Position numbers and translations under genes: made by a program. A stretch of DNA of 64,000 nucleotides, taken from assembly GCA_964016885.1 (NCBI GenBank), contig OZ024750.1, forward strand, positions 46,934,001-46,998,000, in the 5' to 3' direction. The notes beneath the pieces were generated by a model. It made no database searches. It saw only the letters and a list, made by a program, of their open reading frames with translations, and was not told where the DNA came from. How positions within the stretch are numbered: the first letter of the stretch is position 1; each line of letters begins with the position of its first letter. The DNA comes from Eledone cirrhosa (taxonomy: Eukaryota). This document shows, piece after piece, positions 38,958-52,177 of the stretch.

Positions 38958-39699
38958 GTGAGAAAAGTTACTCTTGAAATAATTCTTACTATATAGAGAA
39001 AAACATTTATTTGGAATTGTATTTACTAGTATAGAGCGTGAGGAATCAGAAGGTGAGGGGACAGACGGAATAGCATAGAGAGAGAGGAAGGGAGAAGAGG
39101 AAGGAAGTAGAGTGACAAACTGAGATGGAGGGAGAGGTAGAGGTGGAAGAATTCTTTGGTCAGTTTTAATAACATACTTCATGTCGTGGAATGTAGTGAG
39201 TTAAAGAGAATTAAATTGATCATAGTGGGAGGGATGGATAGAGAGGGAGAGAGAGAGGGGGAGATATAAAGAGATAAATATATATATATATATATAAAAT
39301 AAAGATAAAGATAATAATGACAAAAATAAAAGCAAAGAAGGGGGTGAGAAAGAAGAAAAGAAAAGATAGCCAAGAAAGCTAGTAGTGCGTTAGTAGTGCG
39401 ATCTATAAGTGTGTAATGCCACATTTACGATAATAATTTTTACCACGTAACCAAGCAATTACATGCAACCACAACACTACGTCACTGCAGCTTAATTGAA
39501 ATCTGTTATGCCTTTGTCAGCAATACACTACCTAACATGTACGCTGTTAATAGCACTTAATTTGGGAAAGCGATAATCTAATTTAAAAAAAAAATTACAG
39601 GTATCTCCTTGAAGATAATACTGTCCCTTTAACGCGACCATATTACCCAGTGATAAGACACCACATTTAATCGAACTTATATATAGACCACGACTCTGG

Positions 39700-40510
39700 C
39701 TTTACTGTAACACTGGCTCAGAGCAGGAGAGTTAAGGTGAAAAAGATATCGGATGCTGAATTTGCCGACGACATAGTTTTGGTGACAAATACAGTGGAGA
39801 CAGAGGATTTGATGCAGGAGGTTGAGACTGCATCGATGAGGGTGGGGCTGAGAATGAATGAGATTAAGACGAAGTATCTGGTTGAGAATATTAAGAAGCC
39901 ATCGAAGATTACTAATGTAGGCCGGAAGCCGCTAGAATTGGTTCAGGACTTCCTGAATCTAGGAGCAAAGATTGGGAATACAGAAGATAATGCGGTCGAG
40001 AAGAAGAGCAAAGCCTGGGCGGCATGCCACAGTTTGAGATCGGTGTGGAAGCCAGACCTTCGTAAATACCCGCACATCCGTCTCTTCGTTGCTCTAGTGG
40101 AGTCTGTGCTGCTGCACGGGCCTGAGACTTGGACATTGACCAAGAAACTCACTCAGATGGTGGATGGATGCTACACGATAAGGCTGAGGATGGCTCTGAA
40201 CATTAATCAGTATACACTGAGGATGAAGACCTCAGAGCCGTAAGGTAACCTCCAGAAGTTAGCTCGGAAGTCGCACAGAGGATACTGAGGTTAGCTGGAC
40301 ATGCTCGCCGACATCCAGATATGACACTGCACTCAGTGCTCCTGTTGGATCCCCTGCATGGACACACTGGAAGAGGGAAGCCGAGGTTGACATATGTTGG
40401 TGTCCTAAGGTCAGACACTGGTCTCTTGAGAGGCAGGACATGGCAGCAATGATGAAGGACAAAGACCGCCGGAAAGAACTCGTCCATGGATCTCGGGAAA
40501 TTTACCTTCT
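39700..40510 (+). mobile_element. Decayed RTE-like LINE 3' fragment
   Basis: FADDIVL, KTKY, FLNLG, VESVLLHGPETWTLT..DGCYTIRLRMALNI. Sister copy at 62750-63180. Confidence 0.85.
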
Positions 40511-40633
40511 CCAGATACACATGTGTGTGTGTGTGCGTGTGTGTGTGTATGTATGTGTGTGTATTATTGTTGAACGTGAGAAAACCGTACAAACTGTCGA
40601 ACTAGACAATGAATTTCTTAGCTACAGTAAGCG

Positions 40634-40678
<45 letters not shown>

Positions 40679-40729
40679 ATATATATATATAATTACAATG
40701 TATATGAAGGCGTATAGATTATGTTTAGT

Positions 40730-41106
40730 TATAATTGTTTCTACTTTTTGCACAAGGCTAGCATTTACCCAATGCATTACTGGTACTTTATTTTGTCGAC
40801 CCCGTAAGGATGAAAGGCAAAGGTAACCTCGGCGGTATTTGAACTCAGTCCGTGAAGGGACGTAACTGTGCTGCAAATCATAGCGTCCGACCCTCTACCG
40901 ATATTGCCAATCCACCAGTTTAATTATAATTGTTTCTACTTTTGGCACAAGGCCAGCAATTATCCAGTACATTACTGGTACTTTATTTTATCGACCCCGT
41001 AAGGATAAAAGGCAAAGTTAACCTCGGCGGGATTTGAACTCAGACCGTAAATGGACGTAACTCTGCTGGAAAGCATGGCGTCCGACTCTCTACCGATACT
41101 GCCAAT
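40730..41106 (-). mobile_element. Two tandem tRNA-derived SINE copies
   Basis: 40730-40916 and 40926-41106 match the family. Confidence 0.88.
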
Positions 41107-41967
41107 AACAGCCTCCAGTAGTAACAAGCTTGAGGGTAAGGCACTTTTCAAATTAGTAGTTAGGAAGCTTCGATTGAAATATACGTTAGTATTCGAGGCA
41201 GCCTCGCTGAATAAGTACCGCGATCGTTATGCAATCGTTAAACCGAAGATTCTACTACAGTAATTAACAGGTAGAAGAAGTGTCATTTACGAATATCTAG
41301 TGTAGCCCGATGCTTTCTGATTGAAATTGGATAGATGGAAACTCTGTTGAATGATATATGTAATTCAAAGTGCCAGCCATTCCAGACGCCGTAGGTTCAC
41401 ACAGTTGGTGTTACTGCCCCCAGGTTGATGTTGAGAATATCCAGGGTGAACTGGGGCTAAAGATGGCAATGTGGTTGTGGAGGTGGTAGAGACGATATAA
41501 TAGTGTATTAAATATCAAATGATATCGTAGAGTAATATGAACAATATATATTTATTTATACATAGTATATATTATATCGTTAATTATACACAAATTAACA
41601 ATTTAATTTGTTATATATTATTTACAATTGTGTAGGCAGGTCTCTCGGGAAATAGGGTTGTGGGCGCTGAGGGTTTCACCTGGCCCAACATGCTTGAGAA
41701 CATCTGCCATACCCTGTCACACTGAATCGGATAATTACGTAAAAGGCACACGCGTGTGTGGAATGGTCCGCTGGGTGCACGATAAGTGCATGAGTAAGAT
41801 AATTCATTGATTGAGAACTTGGAACATTCATCGTTGAAACCGTTGTAAGTATGTTGAGTTTGAATGTACGTGCATGTGTGTATTTTAATAGTAGTATGTA
41901 TATAGCCAAGAAAAATAGAAGAGTAAAAGAAAGCCAAAAGTATGGTATCACTTCTGGTGGGACCCAC

Positions 41968-42135
41968 CGTTACTTCTGTGCCTCCCATTAGCGGAGATTT
42001 TCCTCTTCGACTTTGATCCAATCGCCACTCATTTAAAACACGAACCACTTGAGGTTTTGTGGGATCAACCAAACGGAATGACGATATGTTCACTCCGTGG
42101 TGCGTAAATTCTTTTAGCTCGTCGTAGCGTATATC
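41968..42135 (-). CDS. GRIK: Internal exon (56 codons, phase 0/0) of the same kainate-type receptor, immediately upstream of the 3663-3815 exon
   Basis: Acceptor attttgcag|GAT and donor ACG|gtgggt. Translates DIRYDELKEFTHHGVNISSFRLVDPTKPQVVRVLNEWRLDQSRRGKSPLMGGTEVT, resembling GluK DL..LD.E.Y.Y.GVNMTGFRIL. Splices in frame to TETALMYDAV. Confidence 0.88.
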
Positions 42136-42385
42136 CTGCAAAATATGAAATGGTAAAATTAAATAGCATAAATTATCCATCAAAGTGTTATGCTACATTT
42201 TAGTTTTAATTTCAACTCTCTCTCTCTTCAGAGGTTCAATGCGGAAAGATTCTCTAATAACACAAAATTATGTAAAGATTTTCATATTGATATCAAAATT
42301 AAATGGAATTTGAGACAACACTTTGTAAATAGCTATGAAAGACATAAGGTTAACGCTTTAAAATCAGGAAGCAAATACACACAAA

Positions 42386-42425
<40 letters not shown>

Positions 42426-42576
42426 AGCATTCAAGCAGTCATAAACATTATAACATACACCTTCATAGATTAGTCAACAAATGCTGTAGTACTATTCATC
42501 AATTGAGGGAAGCAAACAAACTTAGTGGCCTTGCTGACTTCATCCTACTACAGGAAATTAAAAAATGTAAAGAGCC

Positions 42577-42631
<55 letters not shown>

Positions 42632-42632
42632 A

Positions 42633-42724
<92 letters not shown>

Positions 42725-42725
42725 A

Positions 42726-42809
<84 letters not shown>

Positions 42810-42857
42810 AATACTGTTAGATTCTCGCTACAACAATTTCTATAGTTTTCATTTATA

Positions 42858-42893
<36 letters not shown>

Positions 42894-42954
42894 TGTTGGT
42901 AAATATCATATTGGTTAAGAGAGTGGGAGTGGCTTTGTGCAGTGCCTTTGCTCA

Positions 42955-43517
42955 CTATAAAAGCTTCACGGCACAGGCATTGCTTTATATCTGGAGATCT
43001 CTCTGCACTTGTCGTCACATGGTACCATGGGCCCACCACTATGTGTCAATAATTGTCGCAAGTGTAGTGTTTGTACCAGAGTTTTCTGGCTGGACTAACA
43101 AGTCACACGAGTTCAGCGCATCGGTAGGGGTTCTCCTACATGGATAAAAAGTAGTGGCCGTACTCAAAACGAGTTGGCAGCCAACATGTATGTATGTATG
43201 TATGTATGCATGCATGTATGTATGTATGTATGTGTGTATGTATGTATGTATGTGTGTATGTATGTGTGTATGCATACATGGTGACTGCCAACTCGTTTTC
43301 GAGTACGGCCACTACTTTATATCCATGTAGGAGAACCCCTACCGATGCGCTAAACGAGTGTGACTTTTTAGTCCAGCCAGAGACTTGAGAACTCTGGTAC
43401 AAACACTACACTTGTGACAATTATTGACACATAGTGTTGGGCCCATGGTACCATGTGACGACAAGAACTGAGATATCTCCAGATATAAAGCAATGCCTGT
43501 GCCGTGAAGCTTTTATA
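42955..43517. repeat. ~230-bp inverted repeat of an RTE-like 3' end, tail-to-tail around (TATG)n
   Basis: Arms 42955-43187 and 43276-43517. The arm end TGGCCGTACTCAAAACGAGTTGGCAGCCAAC resembles the RTE terminus. Confidence 0.85.
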
Positions 43518-43689
43518 AATACTTATATACATACATATGGCAGAAGAACTCATAAGAGTCAACGGTCATCCAAAAGTGTGTAAATATGTATATACACATG
43601 TATATGTATATGTGTATGTGTATATACATGGGTGCATGTCTATATATATGCGCGGGGACATAGAAATAGTCGGGCTGGACAGCCGATTA

Positions 43690-44000
43690 CACGGTTAAAT
43701 CACTGGGAGTTAAGGACCCCTAGCCTTTGTCAGGGCATTCATCTAGGAAAAGGCAACTCTGGAAACTGGGTTAACTCCGATATAAAACCTGAGGCTCTGT
43801 AGGTACCGATGATGTTGATCTCTTCTACTTTTCGGGTTATAGCTATTGTCGCTCTGAGAGTGGGATTGGATCAGTGCACAGTCGTTCCTCACTTTAAAAA
43901 AATGTTTCACGCAGAGGCATTGCACGATAGAATTAATTAATAATTATAAATGGTGCTATATCGTGCAATGGCCATACTCGATAACGAGGGGGCAGCCATC
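43690..44000 (+). mobile_element. Non-autonomous RTE-tailed element, copy 2
   Basis: Body matches 9395-9610(-). The last ~38 nt match the RTE 3' end, followed by a (TA)n array at 44008-44398. Confidence 0.8.
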
Positions 44001-44003
44001 AGG

Positions 44004-44084
<81 letters not shown>

Positions 44085-44096
44085 ATACATATATAC

Positions 44097-44179
<83 letters not shown>

Positions 44180-44180
44180 C

Positions 44181-44213
<33 letters not shown>

Positions 44214-44234
44214 CGTACATATATATATACATAC

Positions 44235-44271
<37 letters not shown>

Positions 44272-44292
44272 CGTACATATATATATACATAC

Positions 44293-44398
<106 letters not shown>

Positions 44399-44548
44399 AA
44401 AATATTATAAAAAAGAAATAATAGATACAATATACCTATTTTTTCTATAGTCCCGACTGTACAGTTTCGCTGGTCTCACATACTTGTGGAAAATATATGT
44501 TTCTATATAGATGTATATGTATACACATATATTTGTATACCTCTCATT

Positions 44549-44616
<68 letters not shown>

Positions 44617-44661
44617 ATGGAATACTGTTAGCTTCTCCCTAAAACAATTTCTATACCTTTC

Positions 44662-44700
<39 letters not shown>

Positions 44701-44950
44701 CAGAGGGGATTTTCAATTTGTTGGTACTTCAACAAATATAAATTATTATAACTGATTCAGAGCACTCAATATATTTTCTGAAGTATAATATACAATGATA
44801 TAAATAAATGGATGGAAACTATATTGATAATTATCCCTGGATAACTTGAACTGTTAAGGTATATTATCCTTCGTTATGTGAAAATGTATAAAACACAGTT
44901 CGTATGTTATCTAATGATAGCATACCGATATCTTTGGTACCCATGAAATA

Positions 44951-46134
44951 TCTGTATATATATAAAATTAAGTATGTGTGTGTGTGTCTGTGTGTCTGTG
45001 TATTAGCTATAGGGGCTTACATCTTACGACCGATTTACATGAATCTTTACAGGCTCAAAGATTAGTCACCGGGGAGTGTTTTCTTTATATCACCGTATCG
45101 TCTTTTTTATTCCTGGCTCAATCTGCAGATAAAAATCGATAGAGGGTCACATATTTTTAGGTATCGAAAAATAAGATTTTTGGCTCTAGCTCCCACAATT
45201 TGACGCCGATTTCGTTCAAATTTTAAAGCAAAATAGAATTTATCATTGAACAACCTAGAACGCCTTTATATGTTGCATTTGTTGTTCAGGAACGGCACGG
45301 TAGCCGCTTAAATATTCAAAAATACCACTTTTAGACTCAAATTTAATTTTTTCAGCTCTAGCTCACACATTAATCAACCTACTTTGATCAAATTTTACAC
45401 TACGCTAGATCTGATCATCTCACGTCTTATTCTGGCTTTACATGTTGGATATTTTCTTAAGGAACGGCGTGGCAGCCGCTTAAATATTCGAAAATACCAC
45501 ATTTTCGCTCAAATTTCCGCCTTTTCGGCTCTAGCTCTCACATTTTTCAACAGATTTATATCAAATTCAAAACTTCGGCTCCACCTCACACATAAATCAA
45601 TTTATTTGGTTCAACTGTTATACTACGATAGAACCTATCATAGGCTTCTTATAGTAGCTTTACACTTTGCATTTTTTATTCAGTGACTGCGACCTATCAT
45701 TAGCTCCCACATTTTTCAACTGATTTCGTTCAAATTCGAAACTTCGGCTCCACCTCACACACAAACCAATTTATTTGGTTCAACTTTTATACTACGATAG
45801 AACCTATCAGTGCAAATCTTATAAATGGTCAAAGGCAAAACGATGACCGCTGACGTCATCTGAGCTTTTAGTTGTGTATTTGAGAATTCATCGGTTTCCA
45901 ATCAAGTATCGTGAGTAAAGTTGGCTTAGTGTTAGAGGTCATTACCTCCCATCCCAGCATGCCCCTTCGTCAGTAACCCGCGTTTCTCAGTGATAGAGGT
46001 CATCACCACCCTCCCCCGCATGGCCTGTGTGTGGCCATAGATGAGTCATTGAGAAGCAATCGCTAAGATCAACACCTTTTCATCAAAGCACATATTATTT
46101 TACCTACCCAGGCAACGCTGGGTACTGCTGCTAG
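44951..46134 (+). mobile_element. Non-autonomous Helitron
   Basis: A|TC 5' end, TGTC microsatellite, internal subrepeats (tagctcccaca..ccgattt..caaatt), 3' hairpin ACCCAG..CTGGGT at 46106-46123, CTAG|T end. Confidence 0.88.
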
Positions 46135-46210
46135 TATATAATAGAATAAATATAGTTTTATAAATATAGTTTCGATTTATTTAATATCATTGTGTATGTA
46201 TATATATATA

Positions 46211-46287
<77 letters not shown>

Positions 46288-46515
46288 AAAAAGGTAAACA
46301 TAAATAACAACACAATCGGTACAGTATATGAAAGGAATATATATAGTTAACGCTTGAAATAGCAGGTAGATGTCTTGATCTTTCGGACGCTAGTCCTTCA
46401 TCAGAAGAAACAATGAGAAATAAGATAGATTGAAGGAACGTGTTGGTTGGAATTGGAAAAAAATGTCTTTAGATAAAAATAACAGGTCCATTCATGTTGA
46501 CATCCCCTGGAAAGT
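46288..46515 (-). mobile_element. PLE-like 3' end with minimal hammerhead, in a (TG)/(CA) context
   Basis: TCTT-CTGATGA-aGGAC tagc GTCC-GAAAGATC-AAGA at ~46374-46408. Second copy at 60138-60340. Confidence 0.7.
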
Positions 46516-47119
46516 CACATACACACACACACGCACACACACACACGCACACACACACATATACACACACACATACACACATACACACACACACATACAA
46601 ACAAATATATATATATATATATATATAGATATACATATATATATAGATGTGTGTATATGTTTATAAATACATTTGCGATTATTCGTTGAATCAGGAAACC
46701 TACAATGAAGGTTAGGGAGACAGTAGAAGAAAGACTTTAAAAATATATAACAACTGTAGAATAAATTGCAAACAAAACAGTAAAGTACGAATAAAATCAA
46801 ATATTTAAAAGATAACCCGCCAGGCATTGTCCCTTTTGTCAGTTTTTGTAACATACAGTAAACATATGTTTATGAAGTAATGCAGCCAAAATCAATCAAC
46901 TTACCTAGCGCCACTTCACTCTTCAAACAACAATACGACCGCAGATGTTTTTATTACATCCAAACATTGTTTTTTTTTCCTCGCTCTACCTTTCTGTTTA
47001 TTCCAAAACAGCTCGTCTATACGTAAGTATGAGTGTATATATGTATGTATGCATGTATATATGTATATATATATATATATATAGTAATATATAGAGAGGT
47101 ATGTATGTATATATGTATG

Positions 47120-47190
<71 letters not shown>

Positions 47191-47219
47191 GTATGTATGT
47201 ATATATGTATATATATATA

Positions 47220-47274
<55 letters not shown>

Positions 47275-47392
47275 ATATATAGAGAGGTATGTATGTATAT
47301 ATGTATGTATATATATAAATATATATATATATATAGAGAGAGAGAGGTATGTATGTATATATGTATATATGTACGTAGGTAGGTATCTGTTC

Positions 47393-47442
<50 letters not shown>

Positions 47443-48130
47443 TATATCTGTTTGTGCGTGGATATACTTATATGAACGTATGTTTCCATATACCTAATGC
47501 AAATTTGTATATATATATTTATATGTATGTATATATCAATATATATATATATATATATATATGCATGTATGTGTGTGTATGTGTATGTTCTTTGTATGCG
47601 TGCATGTGTGTGTTTGTATACATAGGTATATAGAGAAATATATAATCTCCATTTGTAATCTGTTATTCCTCGCCATACAGTCGTTATTTACTCCGCATAC
47701 TTCAAAAGCCACTCCTTCATTATAAACACTCTTCACTTCCCTTTACTTTTGTTTGTGTTGTTCTAATCAGGCGTGTCGATCATCTTTGATTCCCTGGGTT
47801 CAGCAAGTACACAACGTGATTTTCTATATGTATATAGATTTTAGAGGGGCGACTTGGCAGAATCTTTAGTACATCAAATATAATGTTTTTCGGTATCGCT
47901 CCGGATCTCTAAGTTCTGTGTTGAAAACCCGTTCTGGTCAAACTCTCACTTCATCATTACATGTGGATTTTTTTAATATCTTTATTAACAAAAAAAAAAC
48001 AACAACGTGGGAGAGAAGAGGCAGTACAACATATTAATATTAATATATTAATATTCGTTTGAGAGCCATTCCTTCAATCCATCTAACTCCTCATTATTTC
48101 TTCTGATGAAGATCTGAGTTCTGATGTAGA

Positions 48131-48249
48131 TCGGAGTTCAAATCCCGCCGAGGTTGACTTGCCTTTCATCCTTACGGGGTCGATAAAATAAAGTACCAGT
48201 AATGCACTGGGTAATTGCTGGCCTTCTGCCTAAAGTAGAAACAATTATT
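48131..48249 (+). mobile_element. 5'-truncated SINE with ~19-bp target-site duplication
   Basis: attatttcttctgatgaag at 48093-48111 and 48244-48262. Confidence 0.8.
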
Positions 48250-48438
48250 TCTTCTGATGAAGCGTTGTTAACTTTAAGATCTTCTTCCTCCTCATTCAAC
48301 CTAATATATCCCTTCCTTATACTGTAGCGATTGTGTTTCTATTTCTGTTTACCTTTTACACACATACACAGGCATACACGCACGTACACACACACACACA
48401 TTCACTCTCACACACACACATATATATATATATATATA

Positions 48439-48499
<61 letters not shown>

Positions 48500-48503
<4 letters not shown>

Positions 48504-48687
48504 GGAGGTGAGTTTTATTGTAGTACAATAAAGCAATGCAAATATCGGATAAGTAGCACTCTACAGTTTGTAGGACTGGAGTATAAATAATATAAGATCA
48601 AGAGATGGTTAAAAGAGTTCCAAGTATTTTATTATGGGCATTTCAAAAACAAATATCATCATGAGATGACATTTGCGTTTTCGTCAG

Positions 48688-48688
<1 letters not shown>
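48500..48688 (-). mobile_element. Family B PLE 3' end (hammerhead to terminus)
   Basis: Colinear with 26870-27057; core reads CTGACGA; (TA)n on both sides. Confidence 0.9.
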
Positions 48689-48728
<40 letters not shown>

Positions 48729-48731
<3 letters not shown>

Positions 48732-49087
48732 AGAAAGTGAGGTTTTTTTTACAAAATGAAAAATAACCAAAGGTGTCCTACATGAGTGAAAGTATAAAGA
48801 AATAGAGATGAAATCGAAAATGCAACTGGAGTCTTATTTTTTTTTTAAATATATATATTTATTTGGTTCCTTTACCGGTTTCGCAGTTCTTCTGCTTTTC
48901 AAAAGGTGAGTTGAGATGGAGGGTCTGTGGTTTTTCTCACATCGATGTGAGACAAACCACAGACCCTCCATCTCAACTTACCTTTTGAAAAGCAGAAGAA
49001 CTGCGAAACCGGTAAAGGAACCAAAAAAATATATATATTTAAAAAAAAAATAAGACTCCAGTTGCATTTTCGATTTCATCTCTTTTT

Positions 49088-49094
<7 letters not shown>
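48729..49094. mobile_element. Near-perfect 300-bp palindromic PLE-end insertion
   Basis: Arms 48793-48943 and 48944-49094 meet at ACATCGATGT with no spacer; ~64-nt left extension. Confidence 0.9.
48981..49018 (+). ncRNA. Minimal type I hammerhead, U3-A8 variant (mirror copy at 48869-48906, minus)
   Basis: CCTT-TTGAAAA-GCAG aagaa CTGC-GAAA-CCGG-TA-AAGG. Confidence 0.78.
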
Positions 49095-49140
<46 letters not shown>

Positions 49141-49145
<5 letters not shown>

Positions 49146-49344
49146 TAAAATAACAGATTAAAGTTTAAGCAAAGAATCGCTGCTTTCACCCTTAACGGGA
49201 TCTTCTGAAACTAACAAAGTCAATCTGTAAACGCAGAATAGGATATTTCAAAAAACGTTGCAACCGGAGGGAGACAGGAAGACGATACTTTGGTTCGTGG
49301 AAACGTTCGCTGCCTCTTTGGATTTTAGTCTTCAAGTTAATTGT

Positions 49345-49350
<6 letters not shown>
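49141..49350. mobile_element. Family A inversion: minus arm 49141-49312 plus the terminal ~38 nt on plus
   Basis: The minus arm stops at AATAAA. The plus piece is cctctttggattttagtcttc...tac(TA)n. Confidence 0.88.
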
Positions 49351-49377
<27 letters not shown>

Positions 49378-49385
<8 letters not shown>

Positions 49386-49791
49386 TAAACGGAAATAAAA
49401 TGCTGACAAATTGTTGACAGTGAAAAATAGTTTAATTAGGAATATGTGAAAATTAGTAACAGTATCGGTTAGTATTCAGTCTTGTTTTTAAGTTTTACCG
49501 GTTGCGCATTTCTAATGCTTTTCAAAAATAATTTTGAGATAGAGCGCTCGTGATGTTTGCTCTAATCTGGGGCGCTCTATCTCAAACATCACGGGCGCTC
49601 TATCTTCATTTTTGAAAAGCATTAGAAATGCGCAACCGGTAAAACTTAAAATCAAAACTGAATACTAACCAATACTATTGCTAATTTTCACTTATTCCTA
49701 ATTAAACTATTTTTCACTGTGAACAATTTGTCAGCATTTTCTTTTCCGTTTACCAATATATCATAACTCGTGTGTTACACCTCTATTCTTT

Positions 49792-49795
<4 letters not shown>
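49378..49795. mobile_element. Fold-back PLE end; arms 49378-49529 and 49608-49761, ~34-nt right extension
   Basis: Both arms carry TTGAAAA-GCATT aga AATGC-GCAA-CCGG-TA. The centre is a scrambled gcgctctatct repeat. Confidence 0.85.
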
Positions 49796-49884
<89 letters not shown>

Positions 49885-49917
49885 ATATATGTATATATAT
49901 ATATATATATGTATGTA

Positions 49918-49975
<58 letters not shown>

Positions 49976-50614
49976 CTTATCATAGAAGTCCGTTTATAAT
50001 TATGAGCTGAGCCTCGCTGCACCGACACATCACCTGCGCAGGTTCATCAGGCAAGATTTAATTTCGAATAACAGAGAGACTATAAAATAGGAGTACTCAA
50101 GGATGTAAGGATAGGTTGATAACTAATTTTGAACAGGTGTGTGTGGATAATAATGCTAGTTATGGAACGGAAAGCTGAAAGTAAAAAGGAAACTAAGAAA
50201 AATAAAGATGTTGAGGACATGGTATTTGAATATGATAATAAGGTTCAGTATGGGATTCAGTACATAGTTGGATTATCGGATGTCTATGATGATTAATAAC
50301 ACTTTGCATTCATCTCATTTACGGTATTCATCATCATCGTCATTTTATTTACCTTTCTCTCCCTGCTTACTCACCCAGTCAAAATCATTTATCAATCGAC
50401 GCTCAATTCCTGAGTTTTCCCATTTTTATACTGTCTCAGTTATTGAAAATTTAGGCTTGTACAATGTTCCTGCAATTGCGAAATGTTAGACTCCTGAGTA
50501 ACAAGTCCCTTAGCCATTTATGAATACACACATCCCCCCCCCCCATCCCTCCATATACACCCGCATCCCCACATACCCCCCGCCCACACACATACACGCA
50601 CACACACACACACG

Positions 50615-50657
<43 letters not shown>

Positions 50658-51029
50658 GTACAAATGGACGTACAGCATATTCGAAGCTCGAGCCGCAGCT
50701 AAGTCGATGGATGCATTCAGAAGTGCAGCGAAACACTCTCGATAAGTTATAAAACCTTAGAGTATTAAAGGGCTTTGCAAATTGAAGATAGCGATCGGTA
50801 ATTCAGCTCTGGGCGCCGTAGCAACGAAAAACTGTCTCTCGAGAAAAAATACATACATATATATATATATATATACATATATATATGAAAAGTGTAATTT
50901 ACTACACAAAACGAAGGTTATAGAGAAAATTGAGGTTGGTAATGGCACATGGAATATATAAGAGACAGAATACTTTTTTGTGAAATAACATATAATTTTA
51001 TAAGGTAAGGAAATAATAAAGGGTATAAA

Positions 51030-51076
51030 AAATGACCGGTTTCGATGGGTCTGCAAAAGCCATCTTTTCAAGTGTT
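51030..51076 (-). ncRNA. Hammerhead-like motif, U3-A8 variant, in a PLE-like 3' end (50887-~51360)
   Basis: TTGAAAA-GATGG...CCATC-GAAA-CCGG-TC; stem I degenerate. Confidence 0.55.
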
Positions 51077-51436
51077 GATTAATATTAAGAAAAAATAATA
51101 ATAAGAAGAATTAAAATTTGAGATTTGAAAATTCAAGTATAAAATTCATTGTGGGATTTCACAGTAGTTTTCATCTTGGTAGCAGCAAGTTGACTGCTGT
51201 GTGTCCCTTTCTGGTAGTGAATGATAAGTTATTTGGGGGTGTGGGTTATTTTATAAAGGTCAAATTTAGCAATGGCCAGATGGCCAGCTGCTGGTCGGTG
51301 AGGGGCTGGAAGCAATATACATACATATATCTTCCTGTGGTAGGTAGGAGAGGGGAGATTGATAGAAAGGGATTTAGTGCACTTACACCTATATATACAC
51401 ACATACCTTCATCCACACATATATACATATACATAT

Positions 51437-51531
<95 letters not shown>

Positions 51532-51600
51532 ATTATCTATAAGTAATAGGCTCGATATGTCCGCCGGTAAAACAATTGTAACACACAATAAATTGAGTTT

Positions 51601-51669
<69 letters not shown>

Positions 51670-52030
51670 TCGCTTTATATATATATATATCGTTTTATAT
51701 TTTATATATATATATAAATAATTATCTGTAAATATATATATATGTAATTATCTGTAAGTAATACACAGTTTGCCACATGGTACACTGCAGTCATTGAATT
51801 ATACAAGTCATGTCTAGAAGGCCATTACTGGTAATTCTCTCCAATGAAGTTTGTTCTGCGAACGAATGTAAAACTACCTAAATGCGAAACGACAGTATTA
51901 CTTTTGCAACTAATCGACCTCTTACACGCGTTGACACCAACATGTCAAACTGTTTAATTAAATGTTTTGACACTTATCTAACAAATCTCCTTCATTATTT
52001 TATGTAAAACTTCATTATTTTATGTAAAAC

Positions 52031-52177
52031 TTTCCAGCATAGTTACGTCCCTTTACGATCTAAGTTGAAATCCCGTCGAGGTTGACTTTGCCTTTCATCC
52101 TTACGGGGTCGATAAAATAAAGTACCAGGAATGCACTGGGTAATGCTGGCCTTGTGCCTAAAGTAGAAACAATTATT
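52031..52177 (+). mobile_element. 5'-truncated SINE with target-site duplication
   Basis: attattttatgtaaaact flanks both sides and is doubled on the 5' side. Confidence 0.82.

Noticed and set aside
45180-45810. Spaced repeats resembling a CRISPR-like array
   Set aside because: Degenerate internal subrepeats of the Helitron in eukaryotic DNA; no constant repeat-spacer period.
48729-49795. Palindromes as MITEs or DNA transposons with TA target duplications
   Set aside because: The arms are asymmetric, carry outward-facing hammerheads, and in families A and B are demonstrably 3' ends of RT-encoding elements with variable centres.
50700-50750. Weak resemblance to 5.8S rRNA (tcgatg..gcagcgaaa..cgataagt)
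   Set aside because: Short, gapped match with no flanking rDNA similarity.
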